Positions 22,741-34,758 of a DNA stretch of 64,000 nt are shown here, one piece after another. How positions within the stretch are numbered: the stretch's first letter is position 1; each line of letters opens with the position of its first letter. The notes beneath the pieces are model-generated. The model did not search any database, was not told the DNA's origin, and saw only the letters and a program-made list of their open reading frames with translations. Source of the stretch: Phoronis australis (lineage: Eukaryota > Animalia > Phoronida); contig NMRA01000093.1 in NCBI GenBank assembly GCA_002633005.1, forward strand, positions 376,567 through 440,566, in the 5' to 3' direction. The translations under genes were made by a program, and so were the position numbers.

Positions 22741-24204
22741 TTACACGCAAGTACAAATATACAGCCACGAAAACCCAAAGATCTTTGATCACCACCGGTT
22801 TCTTAAGACGTCACCATCATTGACAACTATGAACATGAAACTTAAGGATGACAAAAGCGCCAACCCCAATGGTGTGAAAGGCGGTGATGGCGACGAAGAC
22901 GATGATAACGAAAAGAGATGACAGTAACAATGACGACGAGGATGACAATAAGAATACTGATTACGATAATGGGAAAGACTAAATGCACATGCACATGCAT
23001 GTATTTTAGTAATTGTCTCCCTTCCGTCGCTTTAAGCTGACTGTCACAGTTTTTTTTGACACAAATTTGACTCAACAACAGGGTTTACTGCAAATTCATA
23101 GACTCTGCGCAATAGTCGTTTGTTTCAGTGTACCCAAGTCTGTGTATTTAACTTTTGAAGTTAACTAAGCAAGTATGAGATTTCGGAAAGTAGAAAGCTT
23201 GCAGGACTTGGTTTTGATTTTATACCATTGTTACACAAATTGATTCGCGTGGACTTGTCTTTTATATGAAAATTTAAGAATATGAAGGTAGGAACATGCA
23301 TTACAAAACAATGAATTTTACCCAAATTCCTGTGATATAAATGATAATGATTCAAAAAACGCTGTCATGTTTTTTCTAAATTATCGCTTTGCTTTTATTT
23401 TATTAGCGTTGCCTCACATCCAAAAGTTGAATATTTTAAAAACGATTCCAAACAGGGTCCTTCCGTTTCTGAGACATGATGTTCCTAGGTTAGCTAGCTT
23501 TGCAAATCTGTCTAGGTTTACACAAATGTTTTCGTACCGAAATATAATACTACCGAGATGCAAAGTGCTTGGTTTTACTGTACGTAATATAACCTGAATC
23601 GTGACATTTGCTAACAACGCTCTCTTCAACAGCACATCCTACACAATCGACACAACGGTAATTACGCGTCTGACATTGTTTAGACAGATAAACTTTACCT
23701 ATTTGCAAATGTGAGAGCAAGCATAATTGACTTTGCCATAACTAAGCATTGCATTACTTAAGAAACAACTTATTAATTTGTTTGTTTGTTTACTTACTTA
23801 CTGACTATAACCCGTGCACGGCTCTAGCGTTACTTGGTCTACAAATCGATGCATTGCTTCACTCTGCAATTGAAGTGTTAAATGACCACATTAGTGTGTG
23901 CAGGGATTTATTTTTACTTTTGCACAAGTAAGTAACGCGACCTGCATGCATTCGAATAGCAGAGCATTCTGAGCGTTCGCTGAACAAGTATATTCAGATT
24001 TGACGCTGAGCAGACGCTATGATCTCCTTCTCCAGCTACATGTCCTCGTTCTGACGTTCTTACTGTTACTCAAATCCTTTGGTTGCACACAAAATTAGAG
24101 AGCTAAATGGATCTATACTCAGTGAGTGCCATGAGGGGAATCGGATAGTTCGGTGACCACAGCTGACCAACTGGAGATTCTTCTACAGCAATCACTGTAT
24201 ACAA

Positions 24205-24352
24205 TTTCGTAAAATGTAACAATTGTTACATTTTATGCCATTGTTACATTTTACGATGCCAGGCCTCTCCTAAAATGTAATATGTTGTTACATTTGATGT
24301 AACCGTTACAATTTATGTCCAATGCACATGCGAGAAATGTACCATTGTTACA
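24205..24352. repeat. Array of AAAATGTAAC/GTTACATTTT subrepeats (transposon subterminal-like)
   Basis: Multiple direct and inverted copies, including the palindrome AAAATGTAACAATTGTTACATTTT. Confidence 0.6.
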
Positions 24353-25384
24353 TATATTTCATGAGTTTGCAAGGTGTTTGTCACACGGACTGTGTGAATG
24401 AAATTCTATCAAGTGTTCCAGGTCGACTTGATAGATGTGTCTCTATGCACTTTCCATGTTTTTAACATGACTAGTTTTATGGTATAGTCAAAAATGAACA
24501 ACGTACAGTTTCAACTCCACACGAAAAGGGTTTCCAAGATCAGGTAACATTTTTTATCGTTAAAGCGTACTTGCAATCTTTTGTTGGCGCTCATAAACCA
24601 ATTGTGTATCCGAAATTACAGTAAACACACTTCCCTTGGTAAGAACAACAATGACATCGTATTTGGTTAATATCTATCGTATTTCTTCGGGAACGAACGA
24701 CAATAACAAAAATTTTCATGGAGCATTCAATTTCGGAAGCCAATTTGATAGAAAAAAGGCCAGTTTTAGTCCACGATAGTTTGGTTTATTTCGGCCAGTA
24801 TTTTATAGCCTTAGAGTCATCGTTAATGCAGTAATTGCCTTGCTTCACACAAAAGGAGCAAAACTAAAGTTTCTGATGCCGGCGGGTACTGTCTACCAAT
24901 TTAGTTACGAATGACAATTTCGTAAAAAAAATTGTGGTGGAAGGAAATAAAAGCACGCATTTATTTGCCGGCAGGTTGACAGATTTTGCCAAAACAACAG
25001 TAAAATATCGCTTTTGAGAAGGGCGAGCCGTTACCTTAAAAAGAGGCGGCGTAGTAACGAAACAAATATCATTGTTCCTATGACGTCAAGCTTATCTGAA
25101 ATAGTGGTGGTAGCAACAGGTCAAACCGTGACGTGTATACGTAAAAATGGGAGGCCCAGCAGGGAAATAGAAAATATTTTCCACTCTGAAGGGACAGGAT
25201 CATTTTGCTCATATTCACGCTCAGAGCATTCACTGATGGGTAACTGATCTCAGCCGGCGTGCATCAGACCCGAATCATTTTGAAGGGAGAGAATTTGATC
25301 AGCTGTCAGTTTTTGCTCTGTGATTTGTTGCGATTACTAATACTGATTCACGCTGGCCCAGATTATTTACTTTTGCTTCAACTG

Positions 25385-25460
25385 TTAAGACCATTTCATA
25401 CTGACGTCGACGCGTCGATGTTTTGGCGAGTTGCAGTCGGTATGGACTGTTAACTTCGGT
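25385..25460 (+). mobile_element. DNA-transposon (Harbinger-like) terminal fragment; reverse-complement relative at ~38225-38403
   Basis: TTAAGACCATTTCATACTGACGTCGACGCGTCGATG matches the reverse complement of CATCGACGCGTCGACGTTAGCTATGAAAGGCCCTTAA. Confidence 0.55.
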
Positions 25461-28400
25461 AATGGATGGCAATGGGTATCACTGTTAAAACATGAAAATG
25501 CACATTGAAATGCATGAAACAGTGTTTAGTTTGAGTTCTTGTGTGAACCGTACTTCAGTCATATCAGTGTGATGTTTCTACTCTAACTGATTAGTGCTTT
25601 GGAGGATGTCCAGTTGGGCAAGGAACAGCTGTAAACTAATTTGCATGTGAAAATTTTCAAATGGCTTACAACTGTAGTGAGACTGCAATCTAACTCTAGT
25701 TGCTGGTTGAGATTTTGTGTACATATCATTTAGGTGGGGGGAGCAATCACGATTCCCAAAAACCTTAATTCAAAAATCCGCCTTTGTATGATTCCATCTG
25801 TCGATTCAATGTCACTGTTTCAGATTCATATATACAGGTGTGAGTTTTCAGTATAGAGGCCTCAGAACGAATCTTAAACTGAATGTCTCCTTACTAAGGT
25901 CACTATTGTCATCTTGCAGGGATTCAGAGCTGTTGTTCACCCTTGTCCTTATCTTCTTTGTCACCTGCATCCTCACAATCTGGATCAAAGGTTTGTGTCT
26001 GTTCTTGTAAAGACTCTATTGAAATTTAAAGTAGATATAAGCATGCCTTTTGTCACTAAAACTAACTTTTCATTTAGATCACGTGTCGTTAGTATGAAAT
26101 TGATCTCGAATTGTTCCTTGGTGAAAATAGGTGTGAATTTTGGGCTTGAAAATTTCTAACACTTTTTTACTACTTGATACAGTTTCTTTAGGTTGACTTG
26201 TCACAGTATGTCATTTCATTCACCTGACATGGTCTCAACGATGAACTGCCAAAAGTATTTCTCATCTGAATAAGGAAAATGTCGAGGTCAGTTTTATACT
26301 GATAAGTGGGTGAAATCAAAGTTGCATGGATAGAAAAGGGTTCTATAGCCACAGTAATTGTTCTGCGAAAAATGCAACTCCATCCTCTCTCAATGTTGGT
26401 TTCTTATTGCTTAGTGAAAGACCGTGATAGTGTGAACCTTGTTTGAGCTTGATAAAACAGTTGTGTGGTAACTTTACATTCATGCAACGGCAGCTGAGCA
26501 GCACTTGGGACATAGCCATATTGCCATGGGTTCAGTTTCCAGTCTTAGAACTCTAGGATCCATGTAAACCATAAAGTGTTTTGCAATTGCCATCAAAATT
26601 TATGATGCGATGAAGATTTATACCAAGAATCAAATGGTATTGTGTGCATTAGTTTAGTTCGTGTGCTGTTTCGGAACTGTTAATATTGGAAGATATGAAA
26701 CATGTGAAGCAAACTATCTGAGAATGGCGAATCATTTTCTGGTTGTTGTCATATTTATTTGCCAAGACAGCAAGCTTACGGTAAGTTACACAAATCGATA
26801 TCTTGTCATGATTTTTAATCATCTACGATTCAGTGATGAAGAAGCGTCTTTTTGACAATTAATAACCACGCGTAATTGCAACAGGATCTTAGATACAAGT
26901 TAGTCATAACATACAGTGTATATTATGGTCTCGACATGGTCGATAATCCGAAGACTCGGTAGGTTCGATTGAAATGCAGTCCGATAGTGCTATGCTTTGA
27001 AGAGCAATGGTCTGCTATAACGTGCCCGCGTTTTGAGAACCAGTTTTCTCCACTAAATAACGGGCATCAAACTGGTTCTCACGTTATATCAGACTATTGC
27101 CAGTTGAAGGCCAGTAGGTTGGCAAATAAACGTTGGTGTTTTAATTTCTGAAGGTCTTGTAAATGATATGCCTATAGCCATGGTCCTTTAGACCGTAAAA
27201 TTGTCAATCTGAAAATGTCGTGTACGCATTGGCTTTGACTTGAGCTGGCGACTTTTTCGGCAACAGTTCAGGATTGGATGAGCATGGTGATGTTTAAATT
27301 CCAAAGTGCTTCGAGTTAAGAATTCAATGCTGACAACTTAACAACGGGGAAATGCCTCTTTAACTAAGTGTCGATCTTCATACCGCCAATTGTTTCTCGC
27401 GAGACAAGCAGCAGAAATCTCTTCAAGATGCCAAAGAGAAACCGGGTAGTCGGTGGTACATGTACTTGCGGTGCATAAAGGATGTGTGGCTGTTCAGGTA
27501 CTTAGCCAGCACTGGGCGTGGGGTGGTTCAAATTTCTAGAAAGATGGACCTTTTGCAAGCGTCAACACTTGAGTTCTTGGTAAGGCGCTTGACGCAGGTT
27601 AATTTTGGGGAAGGGAAATCTGTATCCACGGCAACGATGACTCTCAGTTCTATGTTCCTGAGATGAGACGGAATTTGTAATACCAGAAATGAGGATGTCA
27701 TGACGGTTGCTCGCAAACAACAGGAATCAGATTCGGACGTAATGTGATTCATAAATATGGACTACCGTTCTCGCCATAATAATACGCTTACAATCAGGAT
27801 CAAAGAGAGTGCGGCGCCCGTGTCGGCTACGGTTGTTGACCGCATTGTCCTGCGTGAGCAAGACCCAATTAAGTGTAATTACCCGACCATAAACTGTCGT
27901 AAGAATCACTGCCTGTACATAACGGCGAACTTTCAAAATGCATTAATAAATAATTTTTGTAAAAAAAGGAATACCACGGCGGTATTCAGCTGGAAAAACA
28001 AGCAAGTAAGGTTTTGGATTTTGAAAAATCGATAAACTTAAAAGCTAAAAACTCCAAACGTTGGGTACGACTGGAGATAAACGACCACGCGCATCCATAC
28101 AATCGGTGGATTTACAAACGCTGGCCAGAGTTCACAATATATCACAAGGATTATTCTTTTAATATTCTTCCAATCTCGTTTAACCAGGTTTTTGACTAGG
28201 AAACAGTTGTATTTAACTTGTGCCCACTCTATATTTTTATGGCTGACAAAAATCTAGAATAGTTATGTAGTTAGTGCAACCGAAATCGTCCAGAGATTCC
28301 AAATCTTCAGTTTGGCTATCATCATTTGCACTTTTGTATATATTTTATGATTTGAGTTCTAATAACGATTAAACTTGAACTAATGACACGTGTGGTTTTG

Positions 28401-28495
28401 TTCGCTGTGATATGTTTAGTGTAGCTGTAATCTGGAAAGTTCAGGGATGGGTTCACAATTAGCTAAACTAATTAAGTTTCGTTAGCGATCAAATC

Positions 28496-28721
28496 CATGC
28501 GCGCACCCATGGGGGCAAAAAGGTCCGCCCCCGAGAGACAAAAAGTCCGAGAAAATGGGACAAAAGCCCACTAAATAAGAGCAAACGCGGAATTCACACA
28601 GGTGCAACCGTTTTTTTTTTTTTTTGTTTTTTTTTTTTAATCCACCCGCTCTTTTGTTAGTAAAAGGTCCACAAGGTTGGGAATTCGAGCCCTCTCATAT
28701 TGAAGCCAGGCTGCACGCATG
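28496..28721. mobile_element. Non-autonomous DNA transposon (CATGCG TIR, 5-bp TSD; hAT-like)
   Basis: AAATC|CATGCGCGCACCC...GGCTGCACGCATG|AAATC: TIR plus a perfect 5-bp TSD AAATC. Confidence 0.8.
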
Positions 28722-29325
28722 AAATCTATTACTGTTTTGGTACTTTAAGTTTAAAATATAATAAAAAGATATCAACCTGTTCCTGGTAAGAAAAAAAACA
28801 ACATGAGCATTAAAATGAAATAACAAAAACCGGTGTGAAACATATTTAAAACCATCGTTCCTTTGGGAAGTTGCCCATGGTCAAGATTAACTTTTTCAGT
28901 CATTTTGTGATATTAAAAATGTACTAAGTTAAAACTGCCTTCTATAGGTGCAGGCTGGAAATTTGTGCAAATGCCATAGAAAACCAATTTGGGTGAACTA
29001 ACAACCATCATTTTTGAGACAGTAGTTATAACTGTTACCTTTCGACTTCATTAGCTCAGATCTACGACAATACAAAGGGCGTGCTGAATAGGTATCATAA
29101 GATTGTCTGGGACTAAGGGAATCTGAGCGGTGACCAGTTTAAGCGAGAATTTCTCCACATGGCGTTAGGCCTACCTCCTGCCAAACTTTCAAATCGGGAT
29201 TTTTTAACTGAGTGATTATACCTCATCACATACTCCGATGGAAATATTTAGTCAGAGAATGGCTTGACGTAATTTTTCATCGGATAGTATTTTTGTTGCT
29301 TACATCGCTGGAAATGGGAACAGCC

Positions 29326-29417
29326 CACTATTCCGCCGGTTCGCTATTCCGAAGGTTCACTACTTCGAAGGTTCACTACTTCGAAGGTTCACCACTCCGA
29401 AGGTTCACTTCTCCGAA
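29326..29417. repeat. 16-bp tandem repeat (CACTACTTCGAAGGTT), about 5-6 copies
   Basis: Period 16, e.g. units at 29358, 29374 and 29390. Confidence 0.85.
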
Positions 29418-30521
29418 AATGCTAGGCATAGACATTTACTTCTAGACTTCCTAAAGCCTCCTCTTATCGTCATCGGATACAACCCGATGATTATGTGAAG
29501 CGCTTTACATCAGAAGTAAATTCAAAATTAATGGTTATGATTGTGGTTAGTAGACCTTGTAGTTACAACAATTTTTTGTCCATTTAGTAAATCTTATATA
29601 TCCTATCGGATAGGCTAGGGCTGGACCTTTTCCTCCAAGGGGGTTCGACCGAAACCCCCCTGGCTACGGGCCTGACTGTTACAAGACATATCTTCCTCAA
29701 GTTTCATTCTTGTTGGTTTTTCTAGCCGTTTTGCAACATTTCGACGACTTGACGTCGACATCGCCGCTAAAGAAAATCCTGGAATCCCAATCGCTTCTAA
29801 GACAGTGAAATGGATTTTGTGATCTCGCAAACTAATTTAAACATTGGCTTAAATGAGGTGAAGTCTCCTCGGCCCCGCCAAAATCTTAATCTTATACTAC
29901 AGAACAGCATGCTGTCATCTGCGGAAACACAATAACTGGATTTTGAACCACTCTTATTCTCAGAGTGTCGTCTGATGAGTCACCGGTCGTGCAATAAATT
30001 TTCAAAATGAACAAGGCAACCCCGAAATTTTCGATTCATAAAACAGCGACTAACATTAATTTCCTTTCGATTAGAGTCCATTTCATTTCTGGCTAAATCT
30101 ACGTTATACAGTATCTTGACGGGTGATAGCCCATCCACGTTGTTGAAATCACGAAAACTTGCTGCCTAGTGCGCAAGTCTATTAGATGAATAAATGGTTA
30201 GGTGCAAAATGTCACTTCAACTGCGGCAAAAAATCAACAAGAACATTATTTTATTGAGACAAAAGTTCAACTACATTGTTAAATAATTCTGGCAAGATAT
30301 TCATCCAAGCTCGGCAAACTTCTGTCAAATTCTGTCTAATTAACTTTTAAAACTAATGCACCTACCTACAATTTGTCAGTACTCAGAAACGATACCGATT
30401 CAGAATCGAGCCTCGAATGGGAAGGATTGCTGATCAAGTGTGCTTTCACATTCCTAATACGCATGCCCCGGAAAGTAGGTGTGAGCCCATGAGACAGCGT
30501 GAGTACAACAGGACAGTCCAG

Positions 30522-30671
30522 CCTCCCGTTCAGTAACCCCAGGACCTCGCTAAAAAGCAAGACTTCGCGAGATTATGTGAGATATTGCAGTGTATTTTAA
30601 ATCAGAATACGTGACTGTAGCTAAATTTTAGCTAGGTCCTAGCGTAGGTCCTAGCGTTACTGAACGCACGC
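30522..30671. mobile_element. PIF/Harbinger-like MITE (150 bp)
   Basis: CAG|CCTCCCGTTCAGTAAC...GTTACTGAACGCACGC|CAG: TIR plus a 3-bp CWG TSD. Same family as 34485-34758 in opposite orientation. Confidence 0.75.
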
Positions 30672-33600
30672 CAGGATAGAGGCCCCTTTTGTCCTGGAGG
30701 TAGGAAAACACGTTCTTACGTTGACCTCATTTTAGAGATGACGGGCGAATTCTATTAATCATGTCGGAAAATATTGCATCCACGTCAAGTTTATCCATCT
30801 TTCTGTCTGAGTTAAGCTCATGATAGCACAGCAGTAATACTGCGCTGGTATTGGATGAATACAGTCGAGAAAAAAAATTGAAAAAAACAATGGCGCAAAA
30901 ACGAAGCCAGAGAACTGCTTGGCTGAAGTTGCAGCGTTGTGGGTAAATACCACTGTGTCGCTGTGTTATAGGAGACCGTCCTATGAAGTGCTTGTTTACT
31001 TTGGTTCAATAGAGTGAGGCGGGGTGTCTGTTTGTATGGCGAATTACCTGGGTGGGCTCGATTTTTATGTGTGTTTGGGTGCTTGTGTCAAGCTGGAGAC
31101 GCTTATTGAATCGCAAACTGTTAATATATTACTTGTGACTAATGTCGAATGTATATCGATGATAACCTAGTCGGTGATTTGAATTTTGCATGCTTGTACA
31201 TCTGAAGAAATAATTGTAATTCCCTTGATCAACCGTTAAACCAATGAGGTTAGATTTACCCACAAACAACAGAAATTCCAGCAATCGAAACCTATTTTTA
31301 AATAAACAATTACCACGTATTTACGGGCACATAGCTGTTGTTTGATAGTAAATGTAGTCTAATACACATGTTTCTCTCGGTCATAGATTATGAAAATAAC
31401 AGAGATATTTTTGTAGTTTTCAGCAGATGCAATTATTGTACTTAACAAACACGAAGCCAGGTTGCGATTTACTTAAGTTACAAATAACCACTAGAACAAA
31501 AACAAAAGGTTTGGGTATTTTTAAAACTTAATTATGTTTCGAACTCGTTTAAAATTAATGCGCTGGATTCTGTTAAAATCCGCTAGGTGTCATGTTGGAT
31601 ATGAACTATAACTCAATAACGTGTTTTGTGGGTCCTAGTTGTAAATTATTCTAAATGGCCTATGGCTGCAGATTAGTCAGTGCACGGCCAAATCTACGCA
31701 GAAAATTATATAACGACCAGACATTTTTTTATTTCAAATATTCAAGGCCATAGGGCCAAGGTGCGGTTTCTAACGAATGATTCCGCTGCAAAGGCACGAT
31801 TACAAATGTTTGTTTATACACTGATGACCTCATGGGTTAGGCCAAGATATTAATCCGGCACTGCGTTTGACGCGTCTTGACAAGAGGCTGCTATAGCAAA
31901 ACAAGCCATTCATTATTGCGACCCTTGGTTTGCATCTCTCAGTAGACTCGCGTTTATTCGCGTAGTTTTGCCTACAGACCAGGTGGAAGTAATTGACAGC
32001 TGTGCTCTTGCTCATTTACACTCACAGGGGTGTTTAATAATTTTGCGCCATCTTTGACAGAGCTTTTCTTAGAAAACACAATTTCTGCTGTCAAAGGGGA
32101 GCCAAAGTGCTATCTGACAGTCTGAGTAAGGTACTGTAACAATTAGTACAATCATGTTAAAAGAGAATGCCACATAAAAAACAACCTTTTTGTATCAATT
32201 TAGATCGAGTAGTTTCACTCGATAACAGCAACTTCATATTTTTTTACCTGACACTTGACTGCAGACGGCGGTGTTGAAATTAACCAGTGACGTCACAGGT
32301 TCGAACGCAGTCTGTTCAGCAGTTCATAACACGCTTGAACTCTTTGTTTTACGCCAATAAATCATAAAAATTCGATGTAAAACCCTAATAAATACATCGA
32401 GTTCTTGAAAAAAGTGTTCAACTTGTATTATTTTCAATTGAGTTTGAATTCTGAAGCTTCAGGTCATTTGGTGCAACCATGAGGTCACTAGGTGCATTTT
32501 TCTTCTGAAATTTTGATTCTTAGCACTAACCACACTTTTCATGCAGTTTACATTGATTCCCTCATCAGGGCTCATTAGGCACCGAAAGGGTGCAAAGGTT
32601 ATGTAATTTTCAACATGGAATTTCTACTACAGTTTTAAAGAATTCTTTTTCATATTTTAAAACGGGCAGTTGTCAATAACTTCCCATAACAATTCCAGTA
32701 AACGCATTATTGTCACACCGTGACAATAATCTTTTTAGTTATTTTATTGTTTTTGTGGTCAAACCTAATAACCATCCAACGACAAACCCAGAAATGTGTT
32801 CTGGCCGTAACATTGATTATGTTCCTCTACGTTTGAAGTCATTTTTCATAAAGCAGACGCCAGGACGTGGCAAGTAGTACCAAGGTATACCGAATGGTAA
32901 TTCTGTTATACAAGAAGCCGCCAAAATACTGTCACGTGCGTGGTTTGGATTGGCACGATGATTTGCCTCCGATAAAAAAGCTTTAGACCCCCTGAGAATA
33001 AATGGCATCGTGTGTGCTGACGTCTAAGCAATCTCAGTCGAAAATATCTGTAGTTACATTGGTGTTGCACCGGAAATAGCATATATTTGAATTCAAATTC
33101 AGATCCCCTGTGTGTAACCTTAGAACCCAAGAATTGATGTTTTCAATAACGTGCTCTTCAGTTAGCGGCGCCGGAGACGTCAAAACGCCGGCAACGATAT
33201 ATTGGTGTCTTCATATGAGTCCATTTCCTGTTTTCTCTGAATATGAAAAACAAATTCTTGCTTCGACACTGACATCCATGCTTTAAATTGCCTGACCGGG
33301 CACTTGTGCTATTAATAATACAGTCTACGTAATCTATTGTGGGCCGCCCATACGTAAATCAATTTCACTCGAAATTCATTCGACAAAATTAGAGCCCGAG
33401 ATCGCGTACCAATAAAAGGCGATAAAGTGTGAACGTTTTTGGGAATTTAAGGGTATTCTAATGGCGATAAATATTGATGGGCGAGTTGGCGTACGTTGTT
33501 TTTGCGATCGTCTTCTACTGTTATGACACATGATGTTAGCTGTCGGATGACTACTAACCCAGCCATTTCTTTATTTTATCTACACATCAGTTTAGCGAGC

Positions 33601-34024
33601 AAATCAAACATTGAGAGATTGTAAATTGTTAACTTTTGAGTAATTTGCAAATTTTGCGGGTTACGTATGACACAAGCTGCAGTTCGGTCTCATAAAAGCT
33701 TTTCAGAGTAATTACGATCAATATCCGACTCTGAAAGTTTAATAAGCTCCATAGCATGTCTTCATTACTTCACATGTATCTTTCAGTCTAATTGTCCATT
33801 TTTATGCAACATATAGTCTCGCAGTTTCCGATCCGTGACATTTTTAATTATTCTGCAATCAAGCACAGCACAAACACACTTGACGCCCGTGGAGTTCGCT
33901 TCACAAATAAATCTAGACTAGTTTCTAAAAGGGACAAACCGGTCCCAATCTTTTGACTCGTGATCCCGTAAAAATGACATCAACTACGGACTTTAAAATT
34001 AGCGCGTAAGTAAATAACCACATA

Positions 34025-34410
34025 TCTATCCAACGTTTCGGTTTATTACTCTAAACCATTGTCAAGGAAACAGTTCACAGACTCAAAACAGGCGAAACAG
34101 GTAGAGAACAGACTGTACAGGAACACGTCAAAATGCATTGTGAGTGGGAGAGACCTGAAATCAAAACAGTTGGAATTCAAATGAACCAATGTTTCTATTG
34201 AGGTAACGCTCAGCATGATTCAACCATATATGCATAGCCTCCTCTATGAGGAGCCTGAGGGTGGCATTATCCTTGTCTAGGATCTGAACACAAGAGCAAT
34301 CTATAGTGTGACCAGGTTTTTTAGCATCAGAGTCCAAGAACACTAAAGACACACACAGTGCTGTTCTCAATCATTCCTTGAAAACTGGTCACACTACATT
34401 GTATAGATTG
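34025..34410 (-). mobile_element. Penelope-like element remnant (GIY-YIG C-terminal fragment + hammerhead-like end motif)
   Basis: ORF 34161-34370 reads ...KKPGHTIDCSCVQILDKDNATLRLLIEEAMHI...LNRNIG, matching the GIY-YIG tail (H.ID...IL......R...EA..I....LN). A hammerhead-like motif follows downstream at 34029-34068. Confidence 0.7.
34029..34068 (-). ncRNA. Penelope-type minimal hammerhead ribozyme-like motif (variant core)
   Basis: Minus strand reads TCC-TTGACAAT-GGTTTA-GAGTAA-TAAACC-GAAAC-GTT-GGA. Confidence 0.55.
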
Positions 34411-34484
34411 CTCTCATTACTTTCAATGGACGAAATCTGTGCTCTTACAGAGGCAGTGACGTCATTATTCACTGGCGACACTTG

Positions 34485-34758
34485 GCGTCCGTTCAGTAAC
34501 GCTAGGACCTACGCTAGGACCTACGCTAAGACCTAGCTAAAATCTAGCCAAAGCCACGTGTTCTCATTTAAAATACAAGGCAGTAGCTCACGAAATCTTG
34601 CGAAGTCTTTTTTTAGATAGGCCTACGCTAGGACCTACGCTAAGACCTAGCTAAAATCTAGCCAAAGCCACGTGTTCTCATTTAAAATACAAGGCAGTAG
34701 CTCACGAAATCTTGCGAAGTCTTTTTTTAGATAGGTCCTAGAGTTACTGAACGGGAAG
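34485..34758. mobile_element. PIF/Harbinger-like MITE with internal 114-bp tandem duplication
   Basis: TTG|GCGTCCGTTCAGTAAC...GTTACTGAACGGGAAG|CTG. Segment 34508-34621 is repeated at 34622-34735. Confidence 0.8.

Noticed and set aside
22565-22921. His/Thr-rich and Val/Cys-rich ORFs (also 40547-40816)
   Set aside because: These are translations of (CA)n microsatellites.
27380-27450. Minus-strand FGILKRF resembling a Harbinger transposase motif
   Set aside because: The surrounding DDE motifs are not found, so this is probably chance.
29970-29995. CTGATGAG canonical hammerhead core (also CTGAAGA at ~56012)
   Set aside because: No following stem II plus GAAA arrangement.
32706-32730. 11-bp-stem hairpin followed by a T-rich tract (terminator-like)
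   Set aside because: Eukaryotic context with no associated gene; a short palindrome, probably TE-derived.
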